This document shows, piece by piece, positions 45,580-52,840 of a DNA stretch of 64,000 bases. The position numbers were made by a program, and so were the translations under genes. The notes under the pieces were generated by a model. The model made no database searches and had not been told where the DNA came from. It saw nothing but the letters and a program-made list of their open reading frames with translations. This stretch comes from an uncultured bacterium. Its GTDB lineage: Bacteria > UBP7 > UBA6624. The DNA lies in the NCBI GenBank assembly GCA_964012435.1, contig CAXGSM010000001.1, positions 27,979 through 91,978 of the forward strand. Reading direction: 5' to 3'. Position 1 is the stretch's first letter; every line of letters starts with the position of its first letter.

Positions 45580-46569
45580 ATGGATAGAGATTTCTGGTCA
45601 TGGTTTATGACTTGCCTGTTTGGCTCTTTTGTTTTAACATGTTTCGCTGTTGTTCTAACAGACAAGCCTTTGGTTAGGTCCGACATCTTCCCTAAAAAGT
45701 CAACCCAATCTTTCGATATTAATGAAGATTTTGCGACAAGTGCTTATCTTCCGCAGAGCCAATCTTATGTTTTATTGGGTGATGTGAACCTTTCGGAACC
45801 TTATGGTTTTTATAGGGATTCTGATTATCTTGTTGTTGCTGATCCACATAGATCTTCAGGCAAGGGTTATGTGCGTTTTTACGATATTCAAACAAAGCAA
45901 GAAAATGAAGAAATGAGACATACGGCAAAGTTCCCTGCACAAATTCTCGATTTTGGAAAAAAGCAAATTCTTATAGATAATGGTTCAGGCGGATCGATCA
46001 AGGTGATTCAGGGTGCTGTTACATTATCTACATATGACGGCGTAAATGACCCAAAGGATGGTTTTTTTGATTTTGAAAATAATTTAATTTATATTGCAGA
46101 TCGTGGTAACAAAAGAATCTTGGTTCTTGATACAAATTTAGATGTTGTTTCTGAATGGGCTCCTTCAGGTGTCAGTTTTGAACCAAATGGTTTAACTATG
46201 GGTGAGAATGGGATGCTTTATGTGACAGACAAGATTGCCAAGAAGGTATGGATTTTGAACAAAGGTAAAATTGTTGACTCTTTTGTTCCCGACAGCCCAG
46301 AAAGATTTCTTTATCCTGGAGGTATAGTTACTGACCCCTGGGGCAGGGTTTATGTTTCTGATTATAGTGCCGACAAGATTTATGTATTTGATGCCGAGGG
46401 TGTTTATCTAGATTTGATAGATAAGGATTTAATCGATGACCCCTCTTTCAAAAAGCCTAGAAATTTATTTTTTGACAAAAGCAGTGGACGGCTTTTAGTG
46501 TCTGCTGGCGATAGGTTAACAAATGCAGGGAGAATATGGAGTGTACCTGTTCCTCTATTAGAAAAATGA
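45580..46569 (+). CDS. Membrane-anchored NHL-repeat (six-bladed beta-propeller) protein
   Basis: An N-terminal TM helix is followed by repeated segments of the type P.G...d..g.lYVaD..n.ri.v.d: LIYIADRGNKRILVLD, MLYVTDKIAKKVWILN, RVYVSDYSADKIYVFD and LVVADPHRS. Confidence 0.65.
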   Translation: MDRDFWSWFMTCLFGSFVLTCFAVVLTDKPLVRSDIFPKKSTQSFDINEDFATSAYLPQSQSYVLLGDVNLSEPYGFYRDSDYLVVADPHRSSGKGYVRFYDIQTKQENEEMRHTAKFPAQILDFGKKQILIDNGSGGSIKVIQGAVTLSTYDGVNDPKDGFFDFENNLIYIADRGNKRILVLDTNLDVVSEWAPSGVSFEPNGLTMGENGMLYVTDKIAKKVWILNKGKIVDSFVPDSPERFLYPGGIVTDPWGRVYVSDYSADKIYVFDAEGVYLDLIDKDLIDDPSFKKPRNLFFDKSSGRLLVSAGDRLTNAGRIWSVPVPLLEK

Positions 46570-46694
46570 AAAATTCTGAAAAAGTAAAAGGCAAGAGCTT
46601 GAGCTTAGTTAGCGCTTTGCTTCTTTTGTTTGCAATTTGGCTTGGTGTTAAACTTGCATTGGCGTTCATGCTTTGGGTAACTGTGGTTAATTAA
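46566..46694 (+). CDS. Candidate 42-codon membrane micro-ORF
   Basis: The peptide is MKNSEKVKGKSLSLVSALLLLFAIWLGVKLALAFMLWVTVVN. Its ATG overlaps the NHL gene stop (ATGA) and its TAA overlaps the next ATG (TAATG). It is below the track size cutoff. Confidence 0.3.
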   Translation: MKNSEKVKGKSLSLVSALLLLFAIWLGVKLALAFMLWVTVVN

Positions 46695-47938
46695 TGGTAT
46701 CTAGATTTTACGGTAAGCAATCAGTTGATTTTAAATGGCCTCGTGGCTGGAATGTTGAAACAATGCTACCCCAAGAAAGACCTTTTGTTTTAGATGAGTT
46801 TGACATTCTTGAGGATGCTCTCGAGCAGCCTGTTGGAACCAGGACTATTGACAAAGTGGTTAACAAAAAAGACAAAATATTAATCATTGTCCCAGATTCA
46901 AATAGGGAATTCAGGTATGAGCTTGTTTTGAATTCTGTCATCCGGAAAATATCAAAAATAAATAAGGATATTGTTTTCATGATCGTTGGAACCGATATGA
47001 ATGAACTTTACATAGATGATCAATACATGAAGTTTCTTAAAGGCCTGGAAGGTGTCAAAAAGGTTATGCAGTATTCTTCTGAAGACAAGTTTGACTCTAG
47101 CGGAAAGACAAAGGCGGGAACTCGCATAAAGACAAACAAGTATTTAAATGCTTTTACGAAGATAATCACAATTGACCAGATAAACTTTCATGATTTAGTT
47201 GGTTATTCTGGAGGGCCTGAAACACTGATAAACACATGCAGCACAGAAACGATCACAAAAAACAGGTCTCTTGTTTTCAATAAGGACAAAACTAGAAACC
47301 CGAGATGTTCAGCCGCAAGGCTAAAGGGAAACAGGATATATGAAGACCTTATAGAGATATCAGCAAACCTAAAGCCACATTTCAATATAAATGTATTGCT
47401 TGATGAAAACAAAAAGATTGCAAGGGTTTTTTGTGGTGACTTTAGTTATTGTCATATGGATGGTTCAAAAGTTGTAATGGGCTTCTACAGAGCCCTTGTT
47501 CCAAGGCGCAAAGTTTTAATAGCAAGTGCAGGCGGAGCTCCTTTTGACAATACTTTATCAGAAGCATTGAAAGGTATTTTATTTTGGTATAAAACGGTTA
47601 GCCCAAGAGGTGCGTTGTTTTATTCTGCTGAATGTTCGTTAGGTTTCGGCAATAAAGAGATGTTTAAATGGGCAGCTTATCCTGCTGAGGTTTTAAGACA
47701 AAAGATAATTGATGACTTCAGCCCTGCTGCTTACAATGTTTTGAGGCTAAAAGAAGCCCAAAGGCATTGTGATATATTCATTAACTCTTCACTTCCGAAT
47801 GATGAGCTGGAGTTTCTTGGCTTCAAGCCGGTATCCAATTTTGCCGAGGGTTTGCTTAAGTTAAGAAAGCATTCTGAAGGCTTGCCTGAGCTTGCATGGA
47901 TTCCAAACGCTTGTCAGGTTTTAGGTATTCCGGGATGA
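46694..47938 (+). CDS. LarA-like (DUF2088, lactate racemase N-terminal domain family) protein, divergent
   Basis: The overall layout resembles LarA: a beta-strand start (YGKQSVDFKWP), ILIIVPDSNR and INFHDLVGYSGGPETL, which correspond to SDHTRP and SHFFAGFSGGRKS of Lactobacillus LarA as I recall them. Confidence 0.55.
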   Translation: MVSRFYGKQSVDFKWPRGWNVETMLPQERPFVLDEFDILEDALEQPVGTRTIDKVVNKKDKILIIVPDSNREFRYELVLNSVIRKISKINKDIVFMIVGTDMNELYIDDQYMKFLKGLEGVKKVMQYSSEDKFDSSGKTKAGTRIKTNKYLNAFTKIITIDQINFHDLVGYSGGPETLINTCSTETITKNRSLVFNKDKTRNPRCSAARLKGNRIYEDLIEISANLKPHFNINVLLDENKKIARVFCGDFSYCHMDGSKVVMGFYRALVPRRKVLIASAGGAPFDNTLSEALKGILFWYKTVSPRGALFYSAECSLGFGNKEMFKWAAYPAEVLRQKIIDDFSPAAYNVLRLKEAQRHCDIFINSSLPNDELEFLGFKPVSNFAEGLLKLRKHSEGLPELAWIPNACQVLGIPG

Positions 47939-48393
47939 AGGTTTTCTCAACAAATAAGAAAGCACATTACCTATATGAAATTTCAGAAAAGTTTGAAGCC
48001 GGAATGTCTCTTGAAGGTTGGGAAGTCCGCTCCATAAGAGAGGGTAGGCTAAACCTAAACCAAGCTCATGCAAAAATCAAAGATGGAGAATTGTGGATCA
48101 TAGGATCCCATATAGCTCCACTTCCCCAATCTTCTGAGAGCCAGGATTCAACAAGAGACAGGAAGCTTTTACTCAAGAAAAAGCAGATACTTGACATTGA
48201 CAGGAAGATAGAACCTAAGGGTGTGACCGTTGTTCCGCTCAAAGCTTATCAGTCTCGAGGTAGAATAAAGATAGAGATCGCCATTGGGAAAGGAAGGACC
48301 AAGGCTGACAAAAGGTCAAGGATTCTTGAAGAACTTGACAGGAGAGATGCAAAAGAGTCAGTCAAGCGGGCCATGAGGGGAGGCGATTACTAA
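47935..48393 (+). CDS. smpB: SsrA-binding protein
   Basis: I take the start at ATG 47935 (MKVFSTNKKAHYLYEI), overlapping the upstream stop (ATGA). It has GWEV, RDRKLLL and a basic C-terminal tail. The tmRNA starts 11 nt downstream. Confidence 0.9.
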   Translation: MKVFSTNKKAHYLYEISEKFEAGMSLEGWEVRSIREGRLNLNQAHAKIKDGELWIIGSHIAPLPQSSESQDSTRDRKLLLKKKQILDIDRKIEPKGVTVVPLKAYQSRGRIKIEIAIGKGRTKADKRSRILEELDRRDAKESVKRAMRGGDY

Positions 48394-48404
48394 GACATAG
48401 ATTT

Positions 48405-48733
48405 GGGGGCGACTGGCTTCGACGGAAGTTGGAACAGTCGGGTTGCAAGCAGGTTTGTCATATCCCTTGATTATGACAAAAAAAGTAAACGGCAAAAACG
48501 CTTACGCATTTGCTTAATTTAATTTAAGCAAGCTCCTCCTTTCAAGTCCATGTGAGAAAGGGTAGGGGCTCAGAAATCATGGAACGGCTCCCGGACCGTT
48601 ATTCGGGGTTTTTGCTTTGAGGCCTGCCGTTTGATTGTTTAGGGTAGGCTGAGCATTTAAAACAATCTAAGCTTGTAGATACTCGTCTCAATAAGACAAC
48701 CGGACCCGGGTTCAATTCCCGGCGCCTCCACCA
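48405..48733 (+). ncRNA. ssrA: Transfer-messenger RNA (tmRNA)
   Basis: The 5' end GGGGGCGACTGGCTTCGACG and the 3' end GGACCCGGGTTCAATTCCCGGCGCCTCCACCA form the tRNA-Ala-like acceptor and T arms. An internal tag frame (48491..48517), GGC AAA AAC GCT TAC GCA TTT GCT TAA, gives GKNAYAFA*. The stop lies inside the hairpin gcttaa...ttaagc. Confidence 0.9.
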
Positions 48734-48762
48734 AGCCTGCCAGTTGGTTAGAATCATCATTG

Positions 48763-49227
48763 ATGAAAAAAAGGCAGATCAATTCGTTCCTTGTGATCAT
48801 GGTGTCGATTGCAGTTGCTGTCTTTGTCACACAGATACTTGAATCATTGGGTCATTTTGCATTCTCAAGGGATCTCATAGAGGAAATCAGTGCGTTTGAA
48901 GATCCTGACGAGATGAAAGAGGCTTATGTGTCAATGGTTGAAAAGATGTCCTTTCCGGCAAAGCTTTCGGTTTTGATTTCGTGGTTTCTCGGAGCCATGA
49001 GCGGAGGTTTCGTTTCAAGCCTCATGTCCTCAACAAACAAGGTGTTCCATGCAAAGATGATTGGCTACATATACCTTTTCTTCACGATATTGACACTCTT
49101 GAACATTCCGCATCCATGGTGGATGTGGCTTTCCGTCTTTCTCATAATCCCGGCTTCCTTTATAGGGAGCAGCTTCATTCCCGCCAAGGCAAAAGATTCT
49201 GATGAACCTGAAATCATAGAGCCTTAG
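48763..49227 (+). CDS. Hypothetical four-helix membrane protein
   Basis: The ORF is 154 aa from ATG 48763. It has hydrophobic helices and an acidic C-terminal tail. I recognise no motif. Confidence 0.5.
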   Translation: MKKRQINSFLVIMVSIAVAVFVTQILESLGHFAFSRDLIEEISAFEDPDEMKEAYVSMVEKMSFPAKLSVLISWFLGAMSGGFVSSLMSSTNKVFHAKMIGYIYLFFTILTLLNIPHPWWMWLSVFLIIPASFIGSSFIPAKAKDSDEPEIIEP

Positions 49228-49271
49228 AAACTTTCAGGCACCTTTACAGGTAAATCTATTTAGGTGTAGCC

Positions 49272-49538
49272 ATGATTACTGATCCTTTTGTCATCCTTTT
49301 CGTGCTGGGGCTTCCGCTTTTCTTCCTGGCTTTCCTGATAAGGGACTGGAATAAAGGCAAGCGAAATCTTGCATTTCTCATATTCTTCTTGCCTTACCTG
49401 TATTTCATATGGAACGGATTTGTTTCGGATGCCTGGGACTATATCGAGGTTGCAAGCTCTGTCGCTTCGGTTGCAGGGATCATCTACATGATAAAGAGGG
49501 CGGAATCCACTGATCTCAAACCTAGAATAAAGGACTGA
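49272..49538 (+). CDS. Hypothetical small membrane protein (DWxxGK motif)
   Basis: The 88-aa ORF has three helices. An RDWNKGKR loop follows helix 1. Confidence 0.45.
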   Translation: MITDPFVILFVLGLPLFFLAFLIRDWNKGKRNLAFLIFFLPYLYFIWNGFVSDAWDYIEVASSVASVAGIIYMIKRAESTDLKPRIKD

Positions 49539-49593
49539 AGGTCAATGTTAATAGGTGCACTTAGAGTAAGGAAAAAGAATTAAAGGAGGGTAG

Positions 49594-50001
49594 ATGTTCT
49601 TTTTTGATGCGATTTTGTTCTTCATCTTTCTTTGTTTTTATTCTTACCCTGTGAAGGCATGGTTCATTTTTGTCAAAGATTGGAAAGGCGGAAAGATCCC
49701 TGTTTATTGGCGTTATCTGTGGTTTGTTTTTCAATTGCCCGCTCCATATTTTATTATTATTCTTTTTATCGGAGGAAGAGATGTTGTTTATGACGCACCG
49801 TTTGAACTTTACGCAATTATGTTTGCCTTTTTTGGGGCATGCCTATACAGGGATCACCACCCTTTTCCATTTTTGTTAGGTAGGAAACGTTTTGTGCCAA
49901 AGAAAGATCTTGAAGCCGAAATTAAAGAAAAAACAGATAATGCTAAACGGAGAAAGCGAAAGCATAAGAGCTTTAAATTGACAGAAGATCTTGACGACTA
50001 A
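49594..50001 (+). CDS. Hypothetical small membrane protein (DWxxGK motif) with basic tail
   Basis: The 135-aa ORF has a strong Shine-Dalgarno sequence (aaggaggg) upstream. A KDWKGGK loop follows helix 1, and the C-terminus is Lys/Arg-rich. Confidence 0.5.
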   Translation: MFFFDAILFFIFLCFYSYPVKAWFIFVKDWKGGKIPVYWRYLWFVFQLPAPYFIIILFIGGRDVVYDAPFELYAIMFAFFGACLYRDHHPFPFLLGRKRFVPKKDLEAEIKEKTDNAKRRKRKHKSFKLTEDLDD

Positions 50002-50031
50002 GAGTTAGGGCTAGATGTTATAGTATTCAGG

Positions 50032-50529
50032 ATGAATAAAATATTTTTTGCATTGTTCCTGACATTGCTGTACTGGGTGTTCAAGAGTTGGATATTCTTG
50101 ATGTGGCCCATGATTCCCCTGTACCTTTCTGTGTTTATTGCTCTCTTCTGGAAAGATCTGAAAAAAGACTGGATTGCATTCCTGAAGAGGCCAGCATTTT
50201 CACTGCCTCTCACGCTCTATCTTTTTGCAAGGCTTCATGGAGGTCTCGTTGGAGAGGTTGGTTCAGCTTTTGAGTCACTTTGGTTTGTATTTGCGCCACT
50301 CTGGTTTTACATTGTTCTTGAAGACGTGAAGTCCCGTCCTGAGAAAACTGAACCAGGAAAGGTCAACCCTGTTGCGAATGGTTTCAAATGGGCGCTTTTC
50401 GCTTTCATTGTCACTTTCGGTGCTCTTTTTGGGGCTCCAAATGGAAATGCAGTTGCAGTATTGGCAATGATATGGATAGGGTTCGGATTGATCGGTTATG
50501 CAAGGGCTGGAGGCTTTAAGAGGAAATAA
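50032..50529 (+). CDS. Hypothetical polytopic membrane protein
   Basis: The 165-aa ORF has about five helices and a KDLKKDW loop after the first helix pair. Confidence 0.5.
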   Translation: MNKIFFALFLTLLYWVFKSWIFLMWPMIPLYLSVFIALFWKDLKKDWIAFLKRPAFSLPLTLYLFARLHGGLVGEVGSAFESLWFVFAPLWFYIVLEDVKSRPEKTEPGKVNPVANGFKWALFAFIVTFGALFGAPNGNAVAVLAMIWIGFGLIGYARAGGFKRK

Positions 50530-50538
50530 AATAGCACT

Positions 50539-51255
50539 ATGAGAATTGATGGACGAAAATTTGATGAGCTTAGGCCAATTGAGATCATTCCAAACTGGAC
50601 AGAGAACCCTGATGGTTCTGTTTTGATAAAGTGGGGCAGGACATGGGTTTTGTGTACGGCCTCAGTTGAATACAGGTCTCCAATGTGGCAAAAGGAAAAG
50701 GACGAAGGGTGGGTTACCGGTGATTACGGAATGCTCCCAGGTTCTACTGACACAAGGAAGAGAAGGCCTGGCCTGAAGCCAGACAGCAGAGGCACTGAGA
50801 TAAAAAGGCTTATAGGAAGAAGCTTGAGAGGCGCATGTGACCTTTCTGCGATACCTGGATGGACCATATCTGTTGATTGTGACGTGTTGCAGGCAGACGG
50901 AGGAACGCGTGTTGCATCAATTACAGGTGGAATGATAGCTTTAAGCATTGCAGCTGAATCAATGGTTAAAAAAGGCCTTCTGGCCTCTGTCAGCAAACTC
51001 ATAACAGAGCCAGTGATAGCGATTTCATTAGGAATAGTTGGTGAAGACGCTGTTCTTGATCTTAACTACAAAGAAGACTCAACCGCTGAGGTTGATTTGA
51101 ACCTTGTAGGGACATTGAATGGAAAATGCATTGAGGTTCAAGGCACATCAGAGGGAAGGGCGATGGAGAAAGAAGATCTTGACAACCTTTTGGATTTAGG
51201 CTTCAAAGGTCTTTCCAAGGTTTCTGAAATAGTAAAGCCCTTTATTAACGTTTGA
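50539..51255 (+). CDS. rph: Ribonuclease PH
   Basis: It has MRIDGRKFDELRPI, GSVLIKWGRTWVLCTASVE, QADGGTR and a C-terminal acidic region. The length is 238 aa. Confidence 0.9.
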   Translation: MRIDGRKFDELRPIEIIPNWTENPDGSVLIKWGRTWVLCTASVEYRSPMWQKEKDEGWVTGDYGMLPGSTDTRKRRPGLKPDSRGTEIKRLIGRSLRGACDLSAIPGWTISVDCDVLQADGGTRVASITGGMIALSIAAESMVKKGLLASVSKLITEPVIAISLGIVGEDAVLDLNYKEDSTAEVDLNLVGTLNGKCIEVQGTSEGRAMEKEDLDNLLDLGFKGLSKVSEIVKPFINV

Positions 51256-51264
51256 TAGCGATTT

Positions 51265-51489
51265 ATGCTCTATAACCTATTCTTTGTGCTGACATGCCTA
51301 TGCATCGCTTACCTATCAGGAGCTAGAAGCGGAATGATATTCCTTTGGTTCATCCCTCTCCTTTTGATTAAGTTTGTCAATCTTTCGACCTATTCGTTAG
51401 CCGGCATCTTTCTGATCCTCTTTGTTGTTTGCGTCAGGATAATGCAAAAAGGCACCTATGGTGACACTTGGGGCGAAAAGGATGTTTAA
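51265..51489 (+). CDS. Hypothetical small membrane protein
   Basis: The 74-aa ORF has two or three helices and starts 9 nt after the rph stop. Confidence 0.4.
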   Translation: MLYNLFFVLTCLCIAYLSGARSGMIFLWFIPLLLIKFVNLSTYSLAGIFLILFVVCVRIMQKGTYGDTWGEKDV

Positions 51490-51551
51490 CGAGTGGGGCA
51501 CTTTTAACTCTATATAGGTATTTCCGATAATCAAGATTATGTTACATAGTT

Positions 51552-51579
51552 AAAAAAACAGAGGGAATCCTGTTTTTTT
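51552..51579. terminator. A/T-rich perfect hairpin, possible bidirectional intrinsic terminator
   Basis: The arm aaaaaaacag (51552..51561), loop agggaatc and arm ctgttttttt (51570..51579) form 10-nt perfectly complementary arms. Only 2 G:C pairs are present, so the stem is weak. Confidence 0.3.
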
Positions 51580-51607
51580 AAGTCTTAAATCCTTTATCAT
51601 TAGCACG

Positions 51608-51817
51608 ATGAAGAAGTTCCTTTTAGCTTTATGTGTGCCAATACTCGGCTTAGCTAGCTTTAATGGTTTAATTGCTATAGCATGCTCTTTCATTGCATCT
51701 AATCTTTTTGATAGTTTTTGGCTTGGAAAAGGCTTATGGGTACTACCTGCTTCTTTTTATTTGTTTTTTTATTACCTGATCTCTTTCGTAAAGTTCAAGA
51801 GGGAAAAAGCTGATTAG
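51608..51817 (+). CDS. Hypothetical small membrane protein
   Basis: The 69-aa ORF has two or three helices and a basic tail. Its composition is AT-rich, unlike the preceding genes. Confidence 0.4.
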   Translation: MKKFLLALCVPILGLASFNGLIAIACSFIASNLFDSFWLGKGLWVLPASFYLFFYYLISFVKFKREKAD

Positions 51818-52308
51818 AAGCCTGCATTTCTAAAGGTAAAGTTTTTTAGATCTTTTAAGAATTCCTTTGGTGTTTGTTTTTTTATGTCAGGAAATCCTCT
51901 GAATTTATGATTGTTGAAAGTCACTATTCTTTTTATGTCATTGTTTTTAATAGTCCAATACAGATTAGCTTCCTCGACATCAGATGTATAGAACCTTTCT
52001 TCTTCCATTTTTTCAAGACCTTTGTCTAGGTGGTATGCTGACATATGAAATATACGCATGTTGCCAAATGATTCAAGTTCTTTTACTATGCTATTCATGA
52101 GGTTATGTTTGAATGGAGGGTATATTATGGATGGATTTGAAAGTTTCGTAAACAGTTCACCTATATGGTAGCCTGATATTATTCCCTGTACATCACCATA
52201 CTGGCACCTTTCTCCTTTAAGAGAGCTTAGAAGTTCTCTGCACTCATCTGTCTCCGGACATCTTATAAATGTCGCAACAAGTGGGCCTTTGTCAATCAAA
52301 AATCTCAT
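51814..52308 (-). CDS. Hypothetical protein, possible PIN-like nuclease (candidate toxin)
   Basis: The N-terminus reads MRFLIDKG (PIN strand-1 Asp). A distal segment, TSDVEEANLYWTIKNNDIKRIVTFNNHKF, resembles s.D...la.a.......lvT.D.dF, with the last Asp replaced by Asn. It overlaps the upstream HTH gene by 17 nt. Confidence 0.35.
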   Translation of the reverse strand: MRFLIDKGPLVATFIRCPETDECRELLSSLKGERCQYGDVQGIISGYHIGELFTKLSNPSIIYPPFKHNLMNSIVKELESFGNMRIFHMSAYHLDKGLEKMEEERFYTSDVEEANLYWTIKNNDIKRIVTFNNHKFRGFPDIKKQTPKEFLKDLKNFTFRNAGF

Positions 52309-52603
52309 GTTTTAACCTTATTTCAACTGTTGCTATTGGTAAGTTCAGCAACCTGTGGTCTCCTTTTGTCATAGGGTCTGGAGATGACTCAACTTCATAT
52401 TGAAGTACTGCAGAAGGCTTTGATTTTGTTTCAGACATAAACTCCGTAATGCTTGATTTATGAAAATAAATTCTCTTTCCTCTCTTTATTCCAGACATCT
52501 GCCCTTCTCTATAGTACTTTCTTACTGTAAAGGGTTTAACTGAAAGTAGTTTTGCAACTTCTTCCACAGTTAAAAAATCGTTGTTTGATCCTTCCGATAA
52601 CAT
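52292..52603 (-). CDS. Excisionase/MerR-type helix-turn-helix DNA-binding protein (candidate antitoxin or regulator)
   Basis: The segment LTVEEVAKLLSVKPFTVRKYYREGQMSGIKRGKRIYFHKSSITEF matches the excisionase-family HTH pattern. The C-terminal 40 aa are unassigned. Confidence 0.6.
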   Translation of the reverse strand: MLSEGSNNDFLTVEEVAKLLSVKPFTVRKYYREGQMSGIKRGKRIYFHKSSITEFMSETKSKPSAVLQYEVESSPDPMTKGDHRLLNLPIATVEIRLKHEIFD

Positions 52604-52840
52604 ATACGCATAAATATTAACATAAAATAACCATTAAACAATATATAACAACATAAAAAATGCTTAAAATCAGTTAAAAAACAAACTGGAAAAAAGATAT
52701 CTAGTTAATTTTCAGTTAAAAAAAAACAACTAAAAAAACTTTTTAAATCACCCTACTCATTCTTTTTTCAACGTTTTCAGTGATTTCCGATGCTGGGTTC
52801 ATAAATGTTGTTTTTCGATTATCTTTTTTAAAATGGGTGT

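Noticed and set aside
46457-46669. Minus-strand 70-aa ORF spanning the NHL / LarA-like junction
   Set aside because: It overlaps the 3' end of the NHL gene antisense and has no motif. The plus-strand 42-codon micro-ORF, with exact stop/start coupling on both sides, explains the 124-nt gap better, though it is itself low-confidence.
51490-51607. Possible tRNA or small RNA gene in the 118-bp spacer after the 74-aa ORF
   Set aside because: No cloverleaf-compatible arms or conserved T-loop (GTTCRA) are present. The only structure is the A/T-rich hairpin, reported as a weak terminator candidate.
48734-52603. Intact prophage or integrative island inserted at the tmRNA 3' end
   Set aside because: No integrase, recombinase or phage structural genes are present. 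By eye I found no direct repeat of the ssrA 3' end (ggttcaattcccggcgcctcca) downstream. The core gene rph sits in the middle. Only a remnant or a native module remains plausible, and both are covered in the findings.
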